Virus record (IMG/VR): IMGVR_UViG_3300018405_000011
Strand: one strand, 5' to 3'
DNA from: a virus
Taxonomy: Duplodnaviria > Caudoviricetes
Length of the DNA: 64,000 bases
Within the stretch, counting starts at the first letter, position 1. Every line of letters begins with the position of its first letter. The notes beneath the pieces are model-generated. The model was not told the origin of the DNA and did no database searches. It saw nothing but the letters and a program-made list of their open reading frames with translations. Shown one piece after another: positions 29,999 to 39,334 of the stretch. A program made the position numbers and the translations under genes.

Positions 29999-30538
29999 GT
30001 GTATAGGATGATAGTAACTAAACTCAAGTTTTATTACGGAGCGTGTACAGGTTTCTTCCATCGGAACATGCGCAAGATCATTCCTAAATGGAATCAAGCT
30101 GCAATCGATAAGGCATCAGAATGGCCTGGTATTACCCTTATTCCGCTTGTGGCTGAACGAATAGGTATTGTATCTGGATGCCCATTACCGGGATACGTAA
30201 TGATGCTGCAACCTATTCGGGACTATGACCTTTTGCTCCAAGAACAATGGAAGGTCAATAACATCTGTCTAGACGAGTGGGTCTATTCGTCCGCCTGGCT
30301 AACAATGGTACAGTCTAAAACTATCACTGAAGATTCCTACTTTAGATATCTAAAGTACTTCCATGACCTAGACGTACAGTGGAAAGCGGGTACGTTAAAA
30401 GGAATGCCTACTTTAAGCCAAAATGTCTATAACGATTATGGAGCCGACGAGATGGCTTTAGTCATTGATATAAAGAATGCTTTATTCGAGATATTCAATA
30501 GTAAAGCCCTCACCGATAAACCCTACGTGATGTTATAA
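29999..30538 (+). CDS. Hypothetical protein
   Basis: 179-aa ORF; exact start uncertain. Confidence 0.6.
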   Translation: MYRMIVTKLKFYYGACTGFFHRNMRKIIPKWNQAAIDKASEWPGITLIPLVAERIGIVSGCPLPGYVMMLQPIRDYDLLLQEQWKVNNICLDEWVYSSAWLTMVQSKTITEDSYFRYLKYFHDLDVQWKAGTLKGMPTLSQNVYNDYGADEMALVIDIKNALFEIFNSKALTDKPYVML

Positions 30539-30711
30539 GGCTATCTTACCTTAACACCCACATTATGTTTAAGCTAATTTGCAGGAGTACAGTAAATGCA
30601 ACCGTGTCTATGGGAAAGAATTAAAATTTGGTTTTGTGAGAATTTCGAACATAAGTTTGATAAGTCTAAGGCATGGGTCTTTAATGGTCATCGGCATAAT
30701 ACATGTAAGCG

Positions 30712-30918
30712 ATGTCGCCGAGTTATTTCTACCACGCTGGAGAACGATTAATGTGCTATTCCCTGCTAGAGTGTTATTTCGACGGAACATTAGTCATTAT
30801 AATAGTAGCACTTATAGCCATCGCGGCCCTAGCCATGGCTCTAAGCCCATATCGCCGTAAAGTATATGTCACTTTGGCACCCTTCAGGAGAATACCAACC
30901 ATTGATAAAAGGGAATAA
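30712..30918 (+). CDS. Small membrane protein
   Basis: TM segment LVIIIVALIAIAALAMAL; real start probably internal. Confidence 0.5.
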   Translation: MSPSYFYHAGERLMCYSLLECYFDGTLVIIIVALIAIAALAMALSPYRRKVYVTLAPFRRIPTIDKRE

Positions 30919-30922
30919 GTAA

Positions 30923-31174
30923 ATGAAGCATGACCCCGCAGAAGATGAGCTGTCAACGCATGATTTTAAAGGAGAATTTATTAGAAATGGAATCCGTTAT
31001 GTCACTTACTGGAATTATGGCCAAAATATACCACATGGTGTTATTCCTGACACCATAAAGGATCTTCGTCGACGTGGCGCACCATTGACCGGAACGATTA
31101 CTGTCGAAGGACTGAGTGACTACTTAAATAAATATGTCAGAGGTTCAAATGAAGTGGTGGAAAGGAACAATTAG
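30923..31174 (+). CDS. Hypothetical protein
   Basis: 83 aa, in an operon-like run. Confidence 0.55.
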   Translation: MKHDPAEDELSTHDFKGEFIRNGIRYVTYWNYGQNIPHGVIPDTIKDLRRRGAPLTGTITVEGLSDYLNKYVRGSNEVVERNN

Positions 31175-31604
31175 AAGACTTCAGGAAGACATGGTGTTAG
31201 TCGTAGGAACGAACCCAGCCGGGAGACATGGCAAGGGTGCTGCTAAGTTTGCGATGCAGTTCGGTGCTAAATACGGTCAAGGGAGAGGGATGATGGGGCA
31301 GACTTATGGTCTTGTTACTAAGAACCTCAATAAAGACTTTATAGAGCAACACGGTAACCGAGAGATACATTACGACAAGACTGGCCCACGTTCTTTATCT
31401 AAGGAACAGGTTGAAGAGAATATCTTTGATATGTACACCATCGCGATGACCCTTCCTGCATTGCGCTTCATCGTTATCTATCAGGCTACAGACGACAATC
31501 TAAACGGATACACTGCTAAAGAAATGTGGGAGATGTTTACTCACGTAGACCCACCCGATAACATCTATTTCCATGTTAGCTTTAAAAAGTTCTTAACAGA
31601 ATAA
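31149..31604 (+). CDS. A1S_2505-like (macro-related) phage protein
   Basis: VVGTNPAGRHGKGAAKFA..FGAKYGQGRGMMGQTYGLVT motif. Confidence 0.65.
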   Translation: MKWWKGTIRRLQEDMVLVVGTNPAGRHGKGAAKFAMQFGAKYGQGRGMMGQTYGLVTKNLNKDFIEQHGNREIHYDKTGPRSLSKEQVEENIFDMYTIAMTLPALRFIVIYQATDDNLNGYTAKEMWEMFTHVDPPDNIYFHVSFKKFLTE

Positions 31605-31616
31605 AACCTATATTAC
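31603..31616 (+). promoter_or_regulatory. Phage promoter motif
   Basis: AAAACCTATATTAC, perfect consensus. Confidence 0.7.
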
Positions 31617-31698
31617 TTATGTGACCCAGCCTTCTTAGCAATAAGAAGTATCTTTTAACCAATACCTCTTATGCTATGAAACCCAATTGGAGAACACA

Positions 31699-32328
31699 AT
31701 GCTTAATACCATTTATGCCGATAGCGACGTCGGCATTGCCAGTTTGTTTGGTCGGCCCAGCCAAGCCTTACAAGCTAGAATCAATCAAGGGGTACAGGCT
31801 TTCTTAGAAAGAACCAGCCCCTATTGTTCAGACTTAGCGGCATCGGTAGCCCACCGTTTCCATGAATATACACATGGTGACTTTGCCCGCCGTGTAAATA
31901 GCGTCCGTGGGTACATTAATCAAAGCTTTAAATCTGATGGAATCCGTTATCTATCTAATGTAGAAGAGTTACAGAATGCCCCTGCATCAATGCGTCATTA
32001 TGTAATGGCACATCCTGGCATGCGTGAACTCTATCAGCAAAACTGTATCGAAGGCTATGGCGATGCTTATCGTGATGCTTCGCCAACAGGTATTGGTCGC
32101 ACTCACTACGACTATCGCGTCATTACTAATGGTGTTGTACAAGCAGAAGAAATGGATGACGGAGAAACAAGAATGATAGCTCGTCGTTATTACGAAGCGG
32201 TAGTGCCTGAGTACACGCCTACGTTAAGCGATAAGGCCGCAGTACAGATTACCTACGATGTACTGACTCGTCATTTACGTGACTCATTGCTTGACCCTAG
32301 TTCTGAAAACAATGCCTTAATCGGCTAA
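31699..32328 (+). CDS. phiKZ gp59-like conserved protein (Imp3 candidate)
   Basis: LQNAPASMRHYVMAHPGMRELY...EGYGDAY...HYDYRVI pattern plus synteny. Confidence 0.55.
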   Translation: MLNTIYADSDVGIASLFGRPSQALQARINQGVQAFLERTSPYCSDLAASVAHRFHEYTHGDFARRVNSVRGYINQSFKSDGIRYLSNVEELQNAPASMRHYVMAHPGMRELYQQNCIEGYGDAYRDASPTGIGRTHYDYRVITNGVVQAEEMDDGETRMIARRYYEAVVPEYTPTLSDKAAVQITYDVLTRHLRDSLLDPSSENNALIG

Positions 32329-32357
32329 TAAAAGAAAGGGCGTTTGTCCTTTCTTTT

Positions 32358-32795
32358 TTGTCAACTATAGGAACCACCATCATGCCCGTACCTGCAATAG
32401 GCACTCTATCGTCAGACGGTTACGTTACTGACCCTAAAAAACAACTTTCGTATATGTTTGCCCACATATTCGAAACCCGTCATAATGACACCATCCTTTT
32501 CACAGGACAACTTACTTCGATTCAGTTACTGACCGCTAAGTACGCTAAAGACAGTGCGGTGTTTCGTACCGAACTTACGGCAGCATTAACAAAATACTTT
32601 TCTCGTGTCTTTGATAGTGCTAAAGTTATCGTTACCACTGAAGATATCGATGAGTCTAGCTACATGGCTTCTATAGACGTCAAGGTGACGCGTAATGGCG
32701 AACTTTATAGCTTAGGTGCTGAGCTGTCTATAGACCCCTTAAAATCCATTACACGCCTGATTAAGGAGATTAACCAGTCAATAACCTCCCCCTAA
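32358..32795 (+). CDS. Conserved phiKZ gp62-like protein; stop codon supplied by the IscB element left end
   Basis: 145 aa; the last codons (SITSP*) lie inside the element beginning at 32777. Confidence 0.6.
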   Translation: MSTIGTTIMPVPAIGTLSSDGYVTDPKKQLSYMFAHIFETRHNDTILFTGQLTSIQLLTAKYAKDSAVFRTELTAALTKYFSRVFDSAKVIVTTEDIDESSYMASIDVKVTRNGELYSLGAELSIDPLKSITRLIKEINQSITSP

Positions 32796-33023
32796 AGGGG
32801 TAGGCTTGTAAAAGCCTAATTGACCAGCCTTAGTTCTTAACAGAACTACGTTATCTTAGTTATCATACCCTGGGGTGGCCGGTCCAGCCCCAGGCTCTAT
32901 GCAGGCTCTGTAAACAGTTCTAGAGGTAAGAACCGTCAACCTGGTGAGCCGATTACGGTAAGCTTTGATAACATTGGCGAGGACCACTTAACTGCTTAAA
33001 TGCACGTAAACAGGAACGATATT
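32777..33023 (+). ncRNA. omegaRNA (HEARO-type) scaffold 1
   Basis: 247 nt directly upstream of the iscB ATG; conserved GTCA..., GACCAGCC, CTACGTT and ACATTGGCGAGG elements; multiple stems covary with copy 2. Confidence 0.88.
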
Positions 33024-34481
33024 ATGTCTAATTCCGTATTCGTCTTAAATGACGATAAAACGCCCTTAATGCCGTGTAAGCCGGCTAGGGCGAGATTATT
33101 ATTAAAACAAGGTAGGGCGGCTGTGTTTAGAACCCATCCCTTTACTATCATTCTAAAAGAACAGATAGAGAACCCTGTACTGGAAACGATAAGGGTAAAG
33201 GTAGACCCCGGTAGTAAAACCACCGGGATAGCCTTAACAGTTCACTATAAAAGAGGAGTAAAGTGCATCTGGGGAGCCAACCTAGAACACCGAGGTCATG
33301 CTATAAAAGATGCATTACTATCTAGAGCACAGTGTCGTAGAGGGAGGCGTGGCCGAAAGTTACGCCACCGTAAACCTAGATTCTTAAATCGGTTTAAACC
33401 TGAGGGATGGCTTGCACCAAGCATTATGTCTAGAGTAGATAATACACTAACTTGGGTAAATCGCTTGATGCGGTACTGTCCTGTGGGACAGGCCTCTGTA
33501 GAACTTGTTAAGTTTGATATGCAGAAGATGGAAAATCCTGAGGTTACAGGTAAAGGATACCAACAAGGTACTTTACACAACTATGAAGTTAAAGAATACT
33601 TACTGTATCGCTATAACCATACTTGTCAGTATTGCAAAGGCGTCAGTAAAGACCATATTCTAGAGATAGAGCACATTGTACCTAAATCTAAAGGAGGCAC
33701 GAATAGTATTGGTAATCTAACTTTAGCCTGTTCGAGCTGTAACCGACATAAGAATAACCATACTTTGAAAGACTGGTTAGAAATAAACCGTGGTCTAAAA
33801 ACACCTCTGGCTAAAGCCAGGGTACGTAACATCCCTAGTGTGATATCAAGACGTAAACCTACGCTTAGAGACGCTGCCGCTGTCAATGCGACGAGACATA
33901 GGCTAGTAGAAGAGCTAGGGTTTTTAGGACTACCGACGGAGTCGGAGGGAGGGCATGTTACGAAGTATAACCGCCGCCGGCAAGGCTATCCGAAGGACCA
34001 CTGGATAGATGCTGCGCTAGTAGGTGATACGGGCAGTAACGTGCACATACCGAAATCTACGCATCCGTTACTTATTAAAAAGACTAAAGTTAATAACCGT
34101 CAAATGACTAGGCCGGATAAGTATGGTTTTCCTAGAACTAAACCTAAAGGCCCGTCTAAAGCCTTCGGGTTTAAAACAGGTGATGTGGCTAAGCATGGTA
34201 GGCTTATTGGCCGCGTAGCGATAAGAACATGCGGTTACTTTAACTTTTTAGGTAAAGGCTGCAGTTACCGGCACTTAAAACGTATCCAGTCAGTAGATGG
34301 TTACCAGTACACCGACGGTAAGTTAACAAGTCTAATAACAGAAACCGACTACTTGCCATGGTTTACTTATGTACATTCCGTTACTAAAATAGATGGTAGT
34401 GCTAAAAAGATAACTGGCAAGCTTAATAAGGAGGGAAAGAGATTTTTATGTACACCAAAAAATACATCAGGCACGTCCTGA
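33024..34481 (+). CDS. iscB: IscB RNA-guided endonuclease 1 (485 aa)
   Basis: PLMP motif, RuvC-I VDPGSKTTG, Arg-rich bridge helix RRGRRGRKLRHR, RuvC-II VELVKFD, HNH EHIVPKSKGGTNSIGNL...CN, RuvC-III HWIDA. Confidence 0.95.
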   Translation: MSNSVFVLNDDKTPLMPCKPARARLLLKQGRAAVFRTHPFTIILKEQIENPVLETIRVKVDPGSKTTGIALTVHYKRGVKCIWGANLEHRGHAIKDALLSRAQCRRGRRGRKLRHRKPRFLNRFKPEGWLAPSIMSRVDNTLTWVNRLMRYCPVGQASVELVKFDMQKMENPEVTGKGYQQGTLHNYEVKEYLLYRYNHTCQYCKGVSKDHILEIEHIVPKSKGGTNSIGNLTLACSSCNRHKNNHTLKDWLEINRGLKTPLAKARVRNIPSVISRRKPTLRDAAAVNATRHRLVEELGFLGLPTESEGGHVTKYNRRRQGYPKDHWIDAALVGDTGSNVHIPKSTHPLLIKKTKVNNRQMTRPDKYGFPRTKPKGPSKAFGFKTGDVAKHGRLIGRVAIRTCGYFNFLGKGCSYRHLKRIQSVDGYQYTDGKLTSLITETDYLPWFTYVHSVTKIDGSAKKITGKLNKEGKRFLCTPKNTSGTS

Positions 34482-34526
34482 TTCCTCAGGGGACTAAAGT
34501 CCCCGGTATTCTCAGGAGAAAATAAA

Positions 34527-35003
34527 ATGAGTGGTTTTATAGTCCCAGAAAACGTTTTTCCTTCTATTAAGGAAAGTTTGTTCCGTGACCGTTATTTGCC
34601 TGCCTTCATTAATAACGATAAAGAGCTTTGCTTAGAGTGGGTAGAGCGCATCTCTATCTCTCCCTTTGCAAAAGTACGTGTAGTCGATGATTCGGATATG
34701 GATAAGATTCTATTTGAAGTCCCGCCACTAGTACGTGGTCCAGAGACTCAGATAGGCGGAAACTTCAATGCCGTAATGCAAACCGCTAGCCGTATTGCAG
34801 AAAACTACAACAGTAAAGTGACTGAGCGCTATATCCGTGATACGTTAAATGGGCGCTTTGTCTGTGAAACCGAATCCGACGCTGACATGGAAGCGTGGAT
34901 TGACATTGCAATTCGTTATGGATATAGTCGTCCAGATACACCACAATCTACTGCCTCAGGAAACAATAATGGATTGGTTAACGAAGAAGAAGACTGGGAT
35001 TAA
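34527..35003 (+). CDS. Conserved phiKZ gp64-like protein
   Basis: 158 aa, acidic C-terminus; RBS AGGAG lies in the element's right end. Confidence 0.6.
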   Translation: MSGFIVPENVFPSIKESLFRDRYLPAFINNDKELCLEWVERISISPFAKVRVVDDSDMDKILFEVPPLVRGPETQIGGNFNAVMQTASRIAENYNSKVTERYIRDTLNGRFVCETESDADMEAWIDIAIRYGYSRPDTPQSTASGNNNGLVNEEEDWD

Positions 35004-36141
35004 CATCCTTTACTTTTCCGATGTACATATGCTTCATCCCCGTGTACGCAGTCGAGATATTGCTGACCGATTACAAAAGCTAATCCTTAATGTTATCAAA
35101 CACCATGTGTTAGACTATATCATCATTGCTGGGGACTTTTATGATGAAAGTGGCTATTTACCCGATGAAGATGTATTTGTAGTAGAAGAGTTTATACGTG
35201 TGCTGATTCATCTATGTGCACATAATCATATCAAGCTTCGGATACTAGAAGGTACCCCGTCCCACGATAGAAAGCAATCTCGCCACTTCGTTAAGGTAAA
35301 TAATTTCCTTAGTGGAAAAGAAAAGGCCGACTTAAAATACATCGAGACATTGGACATTGTTAAGGAAGAAGATGGTTCGACATGGCTTTATGTCCCAGAT
35401 GAATGGCATCATGACCCAGATGTTGTCTGGAAGCAGGTACGGGATAGGCTGAATCAGGAAGGTTTAACTCAGGTAGACTTTTCCGTAACACACGGGATGT
35501 ATAAGCACCATGTACCACATGGACTGGATTTAAAAGCCCATGACCCTGACCGGTATCTGGATATCACCCGTTACTATGTAGACAATGGGCATATCCATAC
35601 AAAGTCTGTCTACAAAGACAGGTTCATTACCAATGGGTCACCTGACCGTTTGGCTATGGGGGAAGAGGAAAGTAAAGGGATATGGATGGCTCATGTAAGT
35701 AGTCACTCACGTATGGAAGACAAATTGTTTTTCTTTGAAAATAAAGAAGCCACGTATATGGTAACTTTAGACATTAAAGAACATACCTTTGAGAGAAGTA
35801 AAGAAGTCATCGAGTCCCATTGCCATCCTACAGAAAGACGCTTTATTCGTCTGGAAATCTCAGAAGAGCTTTATAGTCAAGGACTGATGAGTTATTTCCA
35901 AGACTTATACCCTAATATAGTCTGGACAAAAAAGGTCACTCGCAATGACAATATGCAAGTCTCTTTTTTAGAGGCATTAAATGCTAAAGTGCACAATAGA
36001 CCTATTAATGCCAACACAATCGAAGACCTTTTCTTAGAAGAAGCACGTCTTCGTAATGTAGACGAGAATGAGGTTATAGATGCCTTAGCTTTTTTGAAAT
36101 CCCAACCCTTTTATGTCAGTAACCTCCCCCTAAAGGGGTAG
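34969..36141 (+). CDS. sbcD: SbcD/Mre11-like metallophosphoesterase nuclease (phiKZ gp65-like)
   Basis: FSDVH, AGDFYD, EGTPSHD, THG and GHIH motifs; probable start ATG 34969; stop codon lies inside IscB element 2. Confidence 0.85.
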   Translation: MDWLTKKKTGINILYFSDVHMLHPRVRSRDIADRLQKLILNVIKHHVLDYIIIAGDFYDESGYLPDEDVFVVEEFIRVLIHLCAHNHIKLRILEGTPSHDRKQSRHFVKVNNFLSGKEKADLKYIETLDIVKEEDGSTWLYVPDEWHHDPDVVWKQVRDRLNQEGLTQVDFSVTHGMYKHHVPHGLDLKAHDPDRYLDITRYYVDNGHIHTKSVYKDRFITNGSPDRLAMGEEESKGIWMAHVSSHSRMEDKLFFFENKEATYMVTLDIKEHTFERSKEVIESHCHPTERRFIRLEISEELYSQGLMSYFQDLYPNIVWTKKVTRNDNMQVSFLEALNAKVHNRPINANTIEDLFLEEARLRNVDENEVIDALAFLKSQPFYVSNLPLKG

Positions 36142-36361
36142 GCATGTAAGTGCCTAACTGACCAGCCTTAGTCCCGTTAGGGACTACGTTATCTTAGTTA
36201 TCATACCCCGGTGTGGCCGGTCCAGCACCGGGCGCTATGCAGGCTCTGTAAACATACCTAGAGGTAGGGTAAGTCAACCTGGAGAGCCGATTACGGTAAG
36301 CTTTGATAACATTGACGAGGACCACGTAACTGCCCTACGGGCACGTAAAGGGAACGATATT
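36115..36361 (+). ncRNA. omegaRNA (HEARO-type) scaffold 2
   Basis: 247 nt upstream of the iscB2 ATG; colinear with copy 1, with compensatory changes. Confidence 0.88.
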
Positions 36362-37834
36362 ATGTCTAATTCCGTATTCGTCTTAAATGACGATAAAACG
36401 CCATTAATGCCGTGTAAACCGGCACGGGCGAGATTATTATTAAAACAAGGTAGGGCAGCAGTTTTCAGAAAGCAGCCCTTTACTATCATTATGAAAGAAC
36501 AGATAGAAAACCCTGTTCTTGAGAACATTGAGGTAAAGATAGACCCCGGTAGTAAAACCACCGGGATAGCGCTAGTAATGAATACTAAACGTGGAGCTAG
36601 ATGTATCTGGGGTGCCAACCTTAAGCACCGAGGTCAGCAGATACGTGATGCCTTATTGTCCCGCGCTCAAACGCGACGGGGGCGACGCAGTCGTAAACTG
36701 CGCTACCGTAAGCCTCGATTTTTAAACCGAGTTAAATCTAAAGGGTGGTTGGCGCCCAGTATTTACACTCGAGTAGATAATACCCTCACTTGGGTTAACC
36801 GTCTTATGCGCTATTCGCCAGTGACGTCGGCAGTGGTTGAACTCGTTAAGTTTGATATGCAAAAGATGGAAAACCCGGAGATTGCAGGTAAGGCGTATCA
36901 GCGAGGAAGTCTCTTTAACTATGAAGTTAAAGAGTATTTACTGTATCGATATAACCACACCTGTCAGTATTGTTCTGGTGCATCTAAAGACCCCATTTTG
37001 GAGATTGAACATATTGTTCCTAGAGCATCAGGTGGTAGCAATCGACTGAGTAACCTGACACTCTCCTGTGCGACATGTAACCGAGAGAAAGGGAAACTGT
37101 CTTTGGCTGACTGGAAGGATAAATGTACCCACCGAAAAAACCCTATTGACATGAAGCGATTAAAAGGTATTGTTCGAGTGGGACAGAACATTAAGCCCGC
37201 ACTGAAAGATGCGGCTGCCGTGAACGCTACTCGATATCGTCTAGTAGCTGAGCTGGACTATCTGGGACTACATACGGAAACCTCAGGAGGACACATTACC
37301 AAATATAATCGTAAGCAACAGGGTTATCCGAAGGACCATTGGATAGATGCTGCTTTAGTCGGAGAAAGGGGTTCTCACGTTCATATCCCTCCGGAGTTAC
37401 ATCCTTTAATCATTAAAAAGGTAAAAGTTAATAACCGCCAGATGACAAAGCCTGACAAATATGGCTTCCCTCGAACGAAAGCTAAAGGTCCTTCCCGAGC
37501 TTTCGGTTTTAAGACAGGAGATATCGCGGCTTCCCCGTTTGGCGTGGGGAGGGTGGTCATCCGGACCTCGGGTACTTTTAACGTATTAGGAAGAGATGTT
37601 AGCTGGAAGCGTTTAGTCCATCTCTCCTTTACTGACGGTTACGAATATGTGGACCAACGCATCGTCAAGATGATTGTTGATAAGCATACTGTAATTAAAG
37701 AGGTGTTTGAGAGAGTCATATCAAAAACATTAATTGACGCCGATTCCCTTCTCATAGAAGGTACATTGAATCGTAAAGTAGTTCATGGTATCCGTAGGGA
37801 CAGTAAAACTAGAGACCATACTAAACTATATTAA
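36362..37834 (+). CDS. iscB: IscB RNA-guided endonuclease 2 (490 aa)
   Basis: PLMP, IDPGSKTTG, RRGRRSRKLRYR, VELVKFD, EHIVPRASGGSNRLSNL...CN and HWIDA all intact. Confidence 0.95.
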   Translation: MSNSVFVLNDDKTPLMPCKPARARLLLKQGRAAVFRKQPFTIIMKEQIENPVLENIEVKIDPGSKTTGIALVMNTKRGARCIWGANLKHRGQQIRDALLSRAQTRRGRRSRKLRYRKPRFLNRVKSKGWLAPSIYTRVDNTLTWVNRLMRYSPVTSAVVELVKFDMQKMENPEIAGKAYQRGSLFNYEVKEYLLYRYNHTCQYCSGASKDPILEIEHIVPRASGGSNRLSNLTLSCATCNREKGKLSLADWKDKCTHRKNPIDMKRLKGIVRVGQNIKPALKDAAAVNATRYRLVAELDYLGLHTETSGGHITKYNRKQQGYPKDHWIDAALVGERGSHVHIPPELHPLIIKKVKVNNRQMTKPDKYGFPRTKAKGPSRAFGFKTGDIAASPFGVGRVVIRTSGTFNVLGRDVSWKRLVHLSFTDGYEYVDQRIVKMIVDKHTVIKEVFERVISKTLIDADSLLIEGTLNRKVVHGIRRDSKTRDHTKLY

Positions 37835-37850
37835 TCATAAGGAGTAAACG

Positions 37851-38627
37851 ATGACTCCACGTACCGTAGGAGAAAAGTTAGCGTTTTCAGTAGGGACAGC
37901 TATCCCTTTAGAGGAACACGTTGTTTCAGATGGGTATAAAGCCGACGCTATTCTGTTAAACGTGAAAACGTTATTTAGAAACTTCTGGGGGGCGTGGCCA
38001 AATACCGACCGTCCTCCAGTACAGCAAATGTTTGAGCTTTTTGTAGAAGAAGTTAGAGACATTATGGCACTGTGTCAAACGATGGGAATAACACCTGTCC
38101 TATATCACTTGACTTATGCCTCACTGAGCAATCGTTATCCGAATGCTACGTTAGTAGTTCCTAAGACCGATAACCAGAAGGCCTATGCCAGCGCCGAAGC
38201 AGCTATGATGAAGGTAGCCATTAGTCAGTTCCCAGAAATGGTAAAGAGCGATTTAACATTACCGTCTTTTAACGGAAACGTTTATCTGTTAAGTTCATAC
38301 CCAGTAGACTTACTTAATGCGCATCGCTATGTATCGTTAAAGTTACTCGAGAGCCATACGGGGAATGTGAAAGGACGCGCTGAGTGGTTTAGTAAACTCA
38401 GTAACGCTCCTGAACTACAACACCTTCCATTTAACCATTTCATGTTACAGGTATTTGGTGACCGGGCTACTCAGTTTGTAGGCCAATCCCAGAAGATAAA
38501 GAAAGCCGTCATTAAACTAGCACTTTCTCGTAACTGGAATCAGTCTACTACCCTTACCCGTATACGTGAAAATCTCACATCGATTGAAGACAGTGACTTG
38601 CGCAAACAGTGCCTGTCATTTGTCTAA
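37851..38627 (+). CDS. Conserved phiKZ gp66-like protein
   Basis: 258 aa; AAGGAG RBS; synteny after sbcD. Confidence 0.55.
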   Translation: MTPRTVGEKLAFSVGTAIPLEEHVVSDGYKADAILLNVKTLFRNFWGAWPNTDRPPVQQMFELFVEEVRDIMALCQTMGITPVLYHLTYASLSNRYPNATLVVPKTDNQKAYASAEAAMMKVAISQFPEMVKSDLTLPSFNGNVYLLSSYPVDLLNAHRYVSLKLLESHTGNVKGRAEWFSKLSNAPELQHLPFNHFMLQVFGDRATQFVGQSQKIKKAVIKLALSRNWNQSTTLTRIRENLTSIEDSDLRKQCLSFV

Positions 38628-38647
38628 CCCGACAATAAGGATACCCT

Positions 38648-39334
38648 ATGACAGGCTATGTAAAAACCCCACTGAGTCATCGTAAGCTGGCACTTCGAGG
38701 TGTTCCCTACTCCGAAGACAGTTATAAGGCACCGCAGTTTGTACCCGACATGTTCGCTGGTAACCCGCAGTTAGTTGCCTGGGCAGAGTTTCCAGAAGAA
38801 AAAGACAAAGTCGATAGCCGCACTGGAAAGTCCATGTGGAAGGTACCCATTAAGGCCTCTACAAGCTGGCCTAGACTGCGCAGCTTATTGATGGACATAA
38901 AGTCATTGATTGGTAACAGTGACCCCGTAGTGAGACGCGTAGAGACCCTTACACTACCACCGGACGAAAGCGGTGAAGGAGTAGGCACTGGACGAGTGCA
39001 TCAGGCCTACATCTATTATGGCCGAGCCAAATCTGGGCACTTGTTCATTGCTCTAGAAAACGCAGACCGACCACGATGTACTTTCTTGTTTGAAGAAGAC
39101 AGTTGGCATAATTACCAAAGTAAAGAAGACAGTCAGCAGGCTGCCTCTGTACGTTCGGATAATGTGGCGCTGGGGTATATTGATACGCTTATCGATACAT
39201 ACCAGTGGGTCTTTACTAACAAGTATGACCCTGACTTCGTTCCAAAACGAAAACCACGCATTCCGCCAAACCCTGTGTACGAAGAGCAACCTAAAACGGA
39301 AACGACTCCTGTTGTAACAGAAGGCTGGGAATAA
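38648..39334 (+). CDS. phiKZ gp67-like protein (ChmC/Imp6 nucleic-acid-binding candidate)
   Basis: 228 aa directly upstream of the gp68-like subunit; YYGRAKSGHLFIAL...RPRCTFLF pattern; assignment mainly by synteny. Confidence 0.5.
   Translation: MTGYVKTPLSHRKLALRGVPYSEDSYKAPQFVPDMFAGNPQLVAWAEFPEEKDKVDSRTGKSMWKVPIKASTSWPRLRSLLMDIKSLIGNSDPVVRRVETLTLPPDESGEGVGTGRVHQAYIYYGRAKSGHLFIALENADRPRCTFLFEEDSWHNYQSKEDSQQAASVRSDNVALGYIDTLIDTYQWVFTNKYDPDFVPKRKPRIPPNPVYEEQPKTETTPVVTEGWE

Larger units (their letters stand above)
32777..34526 (+). mobile_element. IS200/IS605-superfamily non-autonomous IscB element 1
   Basis: Left end GTCA...CCCC-TAAA-GGGG; right-end hairpin GGGGAC-TAAA-GTCCCC at 34489-34504; no tnpA. 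Confidence 0.85.
36115..37850 (+). mobile_element. IscB element 2 (left end intact, right-end hairpin not found)
   Basis: Left end GTCAGTAACCTCCCCCTAAAGGGG; no CTAAAG hairpin seen downstream of iscB2, so the right boundary is approximate. Confidence 0.7.

Noticed and set aside
33024-34481. Cas9 / CRISPR-Cas system
   Set aside because: RuvC plus HNH, but under 500 aa, with a PLMP N-terminus and an upstream omegaRNA, which identifies IscB. No repeat-spacer array or cas1/cas2 is visible anywhere in the window.
32700-37900. Autonomous IS605 element with TnpA
   Set aside because: No ORF with a Y1 HUH transposase motif lies in or near either element. One could exist elsewhere in the genome.
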